A DNA stretch of 64,000 nucleotides from Phoronis australis (taxonomy: Eukaryota > Animalia > Phoronida): positions 333,176 to 397,175 of the forward strand of contig NMRA01000397.1 in the NCBI GenBank assembly GCA_002633005.1, in the 5' to 3' direction. Below, in pieces: positions 13,701-23,462 of the stretch (the first letter of the stretch is position 1; the number at the start of each line of letters is the position of its first letter). Under the pieces are notes generated by a model that saw nothing but the letters and a program-made list of their open reading frames with translations, had not been told where the DNA came from and did not search any database. Both the position numbers and the translations under genes were made by a program.

Positions 13701-16700
13701 AATAGGGTGGTATGAAGTGTCTCTTGGAACATTTAACGATTCTAAAATCTTTTGAAAAGGAACATCTTGATTCTCCAATACCCCTAGCATCAAATCTTTT
13801 ACTTTCGTTAACATCGAGTGGAACGAAGCTTTCCTTTCAAACTGCACTCGGAGAGGGAGTGTGTTCACAAAATAGCCTACTATATTTTCTGTGCCAGCAT
13901 TATGCCTACCAGAGAAGAATGCTCCGATAACAACATCATCAGACTGTGAATAAATGCGCATCAACAATGAGAACATGGTGGCTAAAGCGGAAAATAGGGT
14001 TCCACCGCATTCTAAAGCACACGCCACCAACTTTTGAGTGACACGATCTGGTATGTCTATGAAAACAGTCGCACCTTGATAGCTAGGAATTGCAGGCCGC
14101 GGGCGATCAAGTGGCAAATCCAGCACGTTGCTGACGTTTTGAAGTTGTTGCTTCCAAAAGCCAAGTTGTCTCTCCATTTCTTTGCAATCCAACATTTTCC
14201 TCTCCCAGTTGCTGTAGTCAATATAGTTTAACTTCTGCGGAGACAGTTTGAGCTGAGTGTTATTCAAGCGTGAGGAATAACATTCGCTTAACTGGTCAAC
14301 AATTATTTTCACAGAAGCTCCATCTGTTACAGAGTGGTGCATAAACATACCCAACTGGTGGTCCGAATCAGACAGCTTCACAAGAGCAAACCGCAAAAGA
14401 GGACAAGAATATAAATTAAATGGTAATGAAGCTTTTAGATACAAATACTCTTTTGCTTTGCGTTTACTTTCGTGTTGTCCGATGAAGTCTTGGAAATCAA
14501 ACTCAAGCGAGCAATCATTTGCTGGCTTAACTATTTGAAAGAATTCGTTATCCTCAGATCTTTTAAAGTATGTGCGAAAAGCTTGGTTCATAGTTGATAC
14601 ATCATTCAAAGATTCCTTCAATATGTCGACGTGCAAGGCGCCATGGAAGTTTAGGATGACCACTACATTGTATACAGGACTATGAGGTATTAGTTCATAC
14701 AGTAAACACATTTGGTCTTGCCTGTATGATGCTTTAGCTGTTATTACGCTGTTGTCATCGAACGGACACGTTTTGGGAATAAATGTGTGTACCTTTGAAC
14801 GAACTTGCGGAACCAGTATTCTATGGCACATTTCTGCTGAAAGTTCTGCAGGTGTAGATAAGCTCATTATATCTGCCATGCTTACTTCCACGCCGGAGGT
14901 TTCTGCTAGTAAGGATTTTAAGCTGATGGCTAGAAGTGAGTGCCCTCCGAGGTCAAAAAAGTCATCTTCCATGTTGAATCCTGGATCCACAACTTTCCTG
15001 AAAGCATCGAGTACGATGGATTCTAGGTAATTCGAAGGTTGTTTTCCTTTATAATGTGTAGTTTTAGGCTTAAACTTTGGTAGGGCTCTTTGATCAATTT
15101 TCCTATTGGCTGTCAAAGGAAACCGTTCCAGACAGAACACAGTAGTAGGCACCATAAAGCTAGGTAATTGCCTCTTTAAGCGAGATATTACATCGGATGA
15201 TGTGATGTTCGTACTTGTGAGAACGTATGCCACAATGTACTGACCATCTTGAACTGTTACGTGAACCTGGTTAATACCTGGTTGTTGCTCAATAGCAGTT
15301 CTGACCTCATCGAGCTCCACACGTTTACCTCTTAGTTTTATTTGATCATCCATTCTGCCAAGCACTTCGATTTCTCCATTTTCCAGCCACCTGGCTAGGT
15401 CACCGGTTTTGTACATTCGTCCAGCACCAAACGGGTTTTCAATGAAGGCCTTTTCTGTTAAATCTGGTCTATTGTGATATCCTTTACCAACATTAACACC
15501 GGCTATGAACAGTTCTGCGGTTACGTTTACAGGAACTGGGTGGAGATTTGAATCTAGAATAAAACTCTTTGTATTTGGTAACGGCTTTCCAACTGTCACT
15601 CTTTTGTNCAAAAAAGTCATCTTCCATGTTGAATCCTGGATCCACAACTTTCCGGAAAGCATCGAGTACGATGGATTCTAGGTAATTCGAAGGTTGTTTT
15701 CCTTTGTAATGTGTAGTTTTAGGCTCAAACTTTGGTAGGGCTCTTTGATCAATTTTCCTATTGGCTGTCAAAGGAAACCGTTCCAGACAGAACACAGTAG
15801 TAGGCACCATAAAGCTAGGCAATTGCCTCTTTAAGCGAGATATTACATCGGATGATGTGATGTTCGTATTCGTGAGAACGTATGCCACAATGTACTGACC
15901 ATCTTGAACTGTTACGTGAACCTGATTAATACCTGGTTGTTGCTCAATAGCAGTTCTGACCTCATCGAGCTCCACACGTTTACCTCTTAGTTTTATTTGA
16001 TCATCCATTCTGCCAAGCACTTCGATTTCCCCATTTTCCAGCCACCTGGCTAGGTCACCGGTTTTGTACATTCGTCCAGCACCAAACGGGTTTTCAATGA
16101 AGGCCTTTTCTGTTAAATCTGGTCTATTGTGATATCCTTTACCAACATTAACACCGGCTATGAACAGTTCTGCGGTTACGTTTACAGGAACTGGGCGGAG
16201 ATTTGAATCTAGAATAAAACTCTTTGTATTTGGTAACGGCTTTCCAACTGTCACTCTTTTGTTTGGCAGTAACCTGCCCGTGTGCGATATTACACTGCAT
16301 TCTGTTGGACCATATCCATTTAAAAGGATTCTGTCTTTACCCCATGCCTTCACCATTGCTTGGGAACAAGCTTCCCCTGCCGCTAGGACAACTTTGAGGT
16401 TAGAGTAATCGTTAGGATTGAGAATATTCAAAGTCGACGGTGTGTTACCAACAGCATCTACTTGTTTCATTGTTGTTGTAAAATCACCAGACGGGAAGAC
16501 AAGGCATCCACCATGACATAGGGTGGTGAAAACTTCACCTACAGTTCCATCGAACCCAACAGCAAAATACTGCATCACTTTTGTCTCCGGCGTTATGTTG
16601 AAAATTCCCCCAGGTTTATACATTATGAAATTGATGAGCCCACGATGTTCAACCATGGCACCTTTTGGAAGGCCTGTTGTACCCGAAGTGTAAATCATAT

Positions 16701-19700
16701 AAGCAAGATCACCAGATTCATTCACAATATCTGGATTGGGTCTGCCTTGCTTCACGTGAGCAATCAAATCTGCACTCCTTAAACTTACATACTTGATGTC
16801 GTTGGGCAAAGTTTGCGTATTAAAAGAAGATGCGTTGATGGCAAAACGACAACTACAGTCTTCTAGTAAAAATGCAATACGATCAGGTGGCTGAGAGGCA
16901 TCAATTGACACAAATGCCCCCCCTGCTTTCCAGATGCCTAACATTCCAGCAGCTAAAGTCATCTCGCGGTCTAATATCAGTGCCACCTTTTCTTCGCGCT
17001 TGAGCCCAAGGTTTCGCAGTTGATATGCAATGCTATTTGCAGCTGCATTTAGTTCGTTATACGTAATAGACGCATTTTCTTTCACCAATGCCAGTTGACC
17101 TGCATTTGACAAAGAGCTTACAGTATTTTCGAACAAGTGGTGAACGCCTTTGATATGCCCTAACCGTTTTTGATATTCATCAGAAGGGTTAAACTTTTCC
17201 AGGGTAAGGTGTTCTTGGGGGCTAACTATGTCAAATTCGCTAAGCAGCGTCTCTTTTGAGGAAGACGCAATCCATGCCATGGCTCTCTCAAAATGACGGA
17301 GTGCATTTTTTAGCCCAGTTCCGTCAATAATGCTTGTATCAAAGATGGCTTTGATTTTAATAACATTTCCATTATTAAGGATATCTAGTGTAAGTGGATA
17401 TTCTGTAAATTCGTGATCATAGACATCACTAACTCGAAATTGCGAAGATGTCAGCGCAGATGTCTTTTCTCTGTTAATTGTGTTATATGACATTACTGTT
17501 TCAAAAAGTTTGTGATCCGCGCTTAGCCCACACCATTTCATAATATCAGTCATAAACGATTTTTCGTGAGCAAGAATTGTAGTTAGCTTCTCCTGTATGT
17601 ATTTCAGCCATTCAAAAACGTGGTGATCATGAATCTTCACCCTCATCGGTAATGTGTTTATAGTAACACCCATAAGTCTGTTTACGTCTTCAATATGAGA
17701 TGTTCCTCGACCAGAAACAACGAATCCAAAAAGAACATCGTTCGGATCACATGAGTATTTGTTAACCACAATAGCCCAAGACGCGCACAGAATCGACACT
17801 ACGGAAATATCATGGCCTTCGGCATATTCGTGCAGCTGGTGCATTGTTGCATTTGTTATTGTGAAGTGAATCACTGCGTTACCCTTTCTTGGACTTTCTG
17901 GAGGCAAAAAGCGAAGATTGCCGAGTTGGGGCAATTTATGCATTTCTTCAGTCCAGAAACCTTCGGCCTTATAGCTACGCTGCTTGAAGTCAACCACTTC
18001 TTCAACATATTCTCTAAATTGTGGGGACTTGAGCAACACACCATCGTTGTAAGCTAGCAAGACTTCTTGAAGAACATTGAAGCATGTTAGGCCATCTACA
18101 ATACTATGGTGTGAGGTCATAATTAAACGATGCTTACTTTTTGAATGCTTAAAAAGCGCAAATCTTAACATTGGCTCCGAGAAATCAAACCCGGAATGGC
18201 GATCATAATGAAGGAACTGACTTTCTTTTTCAACTTGCTGCGCACCTGTGAGATCTGATAAATCCTCCACTATCCACTGGGGTTCGAATGTCTTGCGCAC
18301 AATTTGCATGCATCCGTTTAATCTGTCAATGATAAAGCGCGTTCGAAGAATATCATGTCGTAAAATTACTTTCGATATACTACGTTGGAGTTTGTCGTCG
18401 TCAAGATATCCGTCGATTGTACAGGACCGTTGTATCAGGTAAGCAGAAGAATCTTGTAGAAGACTAAACAGAAACCCTTCTTGCACAGGGGTACATGGGT
18501 ACATGTCAGAAACATGCTCAGCTTGGAGGTCTATCTGAGCAAGACGTGTTGACAACACGTCATCAAGGTGATTTTGTGACAGCTTCAACAATGGAAAATC
18601 AGACGGCGTATATCCAAAAACGTCTCCTTTTGTACAATGCAGCACCAGATTTGATAAGTTTGCTTTCCATCTAGCTATCCACGACTCAATAGTACTTTGC
18701 CTGTGGATATCTGTAGAGAAGAACATCTTCATGCGCAGTTTCTCATCCTTTAGAAAGCATTCCACAACAATTTTGTGCGTTAGGTTTTCATTTATATCGA
18801 ACTCATCTTCTCCGCAAGGATAATCGTCAGCAATGTCCCAAAAGGCGCTTTTTGTCTGAATCTGATCAAATCGACCGTAATAGTTAAACAAGACATCAGA
18901 CTTTGGGACTATGGGCTCTTGTGAAGTCTTTATGAGCTTCAAAAGCCAAAATGGCATTCCACGTTTCGGAATGCTTCTTATGTTTTCTTTGGTGTACTTC
19001 AACGTTCTTTCCATTGTTATTTCTGTCGAAGACCCTCTGCAAACTTCCAATTGTAGAGGGAACATTGTCATAAACCAACCAACAGTACGAGAAATGTCAA
19101 TGGAGTCATCCCATGGCTCACGTCCGTGAGCTTCAACGTCAACTTGCAGCTGTTTCTTTCCCATTGTTTCGTTATATGCTAAAATCAGAGATGCTAACAG
19201 AAAATCGGTCGTGTTTGTTCTAAAGGCATCGTTGGCCGCTGAAATCAAATCCGTTGTAATTTTTTCACCCATTTCTTCAACGACAACTCGCCTAGACCTT
19301 GCTGTCGGAGAAATAATATCTGCAAAATCTGTAATCAGTGGAATCGTTTCTTTAGGACTGGGCCAAACGTTGTCTGAAAGTTTTTGGTTTTGGGCGTATT
19401 CTCGTAAAATCAATGACCAATTTTGAAAAGACATGCTTACACTCTCTGTGTCTTGTCCATTGTACAATCGCTCCAAGTCTTCCAAGATAATTCGCCATGA
19501 AACGAGATCAACGACTAAATGGTGGACAGTGATGAAAATCCTTTGCGTGGCACCGATACTAAAAAGGCCGACAGCAAGGAGAGGTCCAGTCAATATGTTA
19601 AGGGAGTATTTCAAAATACTAATCTCTGTGTCAAGCACGTCGCTAGAATCGAGATTTTTGGCAACAAAGGAGGTACAGTGAGACTCGTTTATCCTTTGCG

Positions 19701-22443
19701 TCCATGAACCGTCTTCATTTTCAGAATATGTGCATCGCAACATTTCGTGATTGGAAATTAACTGAGATAATGCCTTCCTAAGTTGCTGTTCATCAACTAT
19801 TGTCTTTGGTTTAAGAAGAAAAGACTGGTTCCAGAAATTTGGAGTCTTAAATCTCTGCTCGAAAAACCAAATTTGCGCGGGAGTGAGTTGAACAAAAGGA
19901 GATGCGGCCAATCTTTCTTTGTCTTTGATTCGATTGCAGAAGCGAAGAGGCTTGGCAGTCATTGCGAGCTGCCCTAGAGAAGGATGTCCCAACACTTGCT
20001 GAACAGAGAGGAGCAGATTTTTTTTCCGAGCGGCAGAAACAACAGTCATGGCAGAAATAGAATCACCACCGACTTCAAAAAAAGATGAGTCGGGAGAAAT
20101 TTTCTCAACTGGTACTTTAAACATTTCACTCCATATATTAGCTAGGACTAATTCTCTTGGTGTGAAGTGAGTGTGTGTTGAGGATAATTCTTTTGAAGTT
20201 TGAATATTTAGATTTTGTTTTTCTAATGTACTTCGTGAATCAATTGTAGGAAGCGACTTGCGGTCAACTTTTCCGTTTGCTGTAACTGGAAATGAATCCA
20301 TCACAATGATAAATGCTGGAATCATGTACGATGGCAAAACAGTGCCAATTTGTGCTTGCAAATCAGAGACATCTAGTTGTGCATTTTGCTCGTGAATGAC
20401 ATATGCAACGAGTTTTTCCTGAACTTTCAAGACTAACGCGTCCAAAACGCCTTCCTGGCTCACTAGCGTTGATTCAATTTCCGATAACTCAACGCGGAAA
20501 CCACGGATCTTAACTTGATTGTCAATGCGCCCACAGAATTCTATGTAACCTTCAGGATGAAATCTTCCAAGATCACCAGTCTTGTATATTCTTTCTCCTT
20601 TGATGAAGGGACTTGGCAAGAAACGAAACTTAGTTACCTGGGGATTGTTCACGTAACCCATGGCAACGCCCATTCCACCAATATACAATTCACCTATAAC
20701 CTGCATCGGTACAGGATTCAAAAACTCATCCAAGACATAATACTTCTGATTGGTAAGCGGCATACCATAAGGTATGCTTGTCCAAAGTGGGTTGATATCT
20801 TTTATTGGGTAATAAATCGACCAGATGGAACCTTCTGTAGCACCACCCTGACTCATTACTTGAATTCCAGGAACCATGGTTCTCAGTTGCGAGGGAAGAG
20901 CCAGTGGGATTCTGTCACCACTCAGGATGACAAGACGTAGAGTTGAAGGCAGCATGTCTCCTTCAGAGTAAAGGTATTCCATGAGGAGACTAAGAACAGC
21001 TGGTGCTGAGTCCCACATCGTCACATTATGGTTCTTCATTGTGGTAACCCAGCAAGCAGGATCTGGGATGCCGCGTACTTCGGGAACTGGAATGACAACC
21101 GTGCCACCTGTAGCAAGCATGCCAAAGATGTCGTACACAGAAAGGTCAAAACTGAGTGAAGCAACCAAGAGGATTTTGTCCCTGGCCGTCACAGAATACC
21201 TCTCGTTTATGTCCAGTATTGTGTTTACTGCATTTCTATGACTAGTCATGACGCCTTTTGGTCGACCAGTTGAGCCAGACGTATAGATTATATAAGCAAG
21301 GTCATCAGGTTTCACTTCAGGTGTGTCGTAGTCAAACGCGTCACCTCTCTCGGACAGTACATCATCCAAACACAATACACTATTGCAATATTTCTTCAAA
21401 ATGACAACCATGGAGGTCTTTGCCAGAATGAGAGATGCTTCTGAGTTTTCAATCATGTAGCTCAATCTTTCCTCTGGATAGCTCGGGTCGAGTGGAAGGT
21501 ATGCAAACCCAGCTTTCATGATAGCATACAGACCAATCACCATTTCTAATGATGCGTCGACGCTTACTCCAATCACGCGACTCGAGTAGTCATTTCCCAT
21601 GACAGACAATATTTTCTTGGACAACATAGTTGATCTGTATTCTAACTCTTTGTATGTCAAACTCTGGTCAGCGCATGCTACTGCAACAGAATTAGGATCG
21701 TGGCGGGCTTTCTCTTCAAAAAGCTCGTGCATCAAACATTCACTTCTTTTATAGTTCTCGGTGGTGTTGTTGAACTGAAGGAGTGTTTGCTGTTCACTGC
21801 ATGTGAGCATGGGGACACTCAGAAAGTTTGGATTGCTGTTCTGAAGATCAGGGATTTGCAACAACAGCAGAAGAAAGTGGTCTCGGAACTGCTCTAGCAA
21901 ATCATCGCGGCATCGGTGGTCATACCGAAGTGTGCATGCGCAGTCACAAGGAGATCCAAGAGCCATGGCAAGTGTTATGGCGTATTTTGAAAGAATGTTG
22001 ATCTTATTGATTTCTCGTGGCAAGTTGAACGCCACGAACGCATTACGGCTGTTACGACTGTACTTTGCATGAGCTATAGGGGACTTGTCCAGTTCCAATC
22101 TCAAAGATTTGAGAAGATCCGGTAATTGACCGTTGACCCCACAAGGCAAGAAGACAGGAGAATACCCTTCGACTTCGCTGGCATCTCTTCCATTGTCGAT
22201 AGCTTCTGGGTCATGTGTGTCAGCCTCAGCAAATGCTAATTCAATTGATGGCGATTTCTCTGCACCCTCGTAGCGGATAAGCACAGCGTAGACTAAACAC
22301 AACAAAGCGTCTATCGTACTATAGCCTAGAGGCGAAGCAATGTTTGCTAGAATTGTACAAACTTCTCTTCCGACGTTGAAGGATAACTTTTTGTGGTATT
22401 CTTCTTCAACATCTTTCGGCCTGTTGTTTCCTTCTTTTGACAT
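7105..22443 (-). CDS. Multimodular non-ribosomal peptide synthetase, C*-A-T-E-C-A-T-C-A-T-E-C-A*-T-TE (~4762 aa after removing the duplicated overlap and the intron)
   Basis: Three A-domain P-loops (YIIYTSGSTGRPKG, YMIYTSGTTGLPKG, WIVYTSGTTGKPKG). Four carrier motifs (GGDS, GGHS, GGDS, GGTS). Two E domains (HHLVVDLVSW/EAHGRE/RTVGWF and HHMAVDLVSW/EWHGRE/RTVGWF). Three C domains (HHSIVDG, HHSVTDG, HHALFDGWS). TE with GYSSG and GDH. join(22443-15609, 14953-8147, 7751-7105) = 14289 nt, in frame. ATG 22443 follows an acceptor tttcag, so an upstream exon is likely. Confidence 0.93.
7752..8146 (-). other. Spliceosomal phase-1 intron (395 bp) within the NRPS TE domain
   Basis: Donor GCTG|GTAAGT at 8146 and acceptor ttttttcttAG|GT at 7752. 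Splicing gives in-frame ..SSYAYVA-G-HLKRHPVY.., uniting the two halves of the TE. Confidence 0.9.
14954..16262. repeat. 654-bp direct duplication either side of a single N (unmerged contig overlap or two haplotypes)
   Basis: 14954-15607 and 15609-16262 are near-identical (about nine substitutions seen) and abut the N at 15608. Collapsing them restores one ORF. Confidence 0.9.
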
Positions 22444-23324
22444 ACCTGAAATGACAGTAATATTCCAAGCAACAACAAACAATGGTCTTGCAACAATGTA
22501 CTCGTGTAGGACGTGCATGCAAACATATGTGAACAAAAAGAAAATGACAGTTTATTATATCGAATCAATATACGATTACTTGGTGAAATGGACTTTCTCC
22601 TCGTATGTTGCCGTGTCGTGAAGTTATATAAACTTTTTGTATACTCGCAATAGGTCGTTTTTTCGTCCTATCGACATGAAATCCACGTTAAAATCTCGAG
22701 GTCAATTTTTGGGGGGACAAAATCGGTCCAAGAGACGGCGCTGTGACGGTCATTTTTAAAGAAATCAACTTACCAAGGTTTAGCTCTGTGGTTCTAATCC
22801 ACAAGTCTGTATTTACACAAATATACATTTTTACTCATCAAAATTATATATTTTCTAAAATTATAAGGCGCGTAGAATTTGATGCTTGACCTGATACCAA
22901 TCTTGAAATAACTGAGTTATATGACCATGTATTTTTAGTAAAATTTAGCTAGAACGAAAGGAGCATTCATAGCAAAAACAACTGGTCGAATTTTGTTTAA
23001 TACAAATGCTCTCAAATACAATGTTACGATTTTGTAAATCATCTTTTCGTTTTCGTTTTCGTTTCATAGATCTTTTCGTTTTTTCATAGAAATCTCGAAA
23101 AAACAATTGTTGTTAATCTCTCATTTAAATGTGGAAAAGTTTAAAAATAGTTCTCTTAAGAACAAGTTAAAACTTGTTTTAATTTGTTAATAATCTCTTA
23201 TGCTAAAGTGGAACAGTTTAAAGATAGCTCTTAACTGCGTTTTGGAGAACAGATTCATGTTAAATGTTATGTAGGACATGTCAATAAAAACAATGCCGAG
23301 CTTAAACTGGCTTGTATGTTTCGG

Positions 23325-23462
23325 CAATGACGTCATTGGATGATTTCAATACTTCCGTCTGCCGTCAGGTGTCAGGTATTGCAACCGAACGTGCCGTTAT
23401 CGAGTAGAACTACTCGATCTAAATTGATACAAAATGGGTTGTTTTTTGGGTGGCATTCTCCT
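23325..23462 (+). mobile_element. Second copy of the Kolobok-like right end
   Basis: gacgtcattgg..ccgtctgcc.tcaggtgtcaggta..atctaaattgatacaaaat..gggtggcattctcct|ttaa matches ~5655-5777, and its last 15 bp are the perfect inverse of 3875-3889. Confidence 0.7.

Noticed and set aside
7105-22443. Bacterial contaminant or operon
   Set aside because: It has a GT-AG intron, allelic-looking variants and no operonic neighbours, and both ends run without gaps into animal-type repeats. Long-read confirmation is still advisable.
7105-22443. ACV synthetase (pcbAB) assignment
   Set aside because: ACVS has one E domain in module 3 and Cys in module 2. Here there are two E domains, the Cys-like A domain is first, there is an extra C-A*-T, and no IPNS gene is seen.
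8133-22536. Two separate NRPS genes plus a stand-alone type II thioesterase, as in the ORF track
   Set aside because: The ORF break coincides with an N flanked by a 654-bp duplication, and the TE is joined in frame by a canonical intron, so this is one gene.
8197-22621. Numerous short plus-strand ORFs
   Set aside because: They are antisense shadows of the NRPS coding strand with no motifs.
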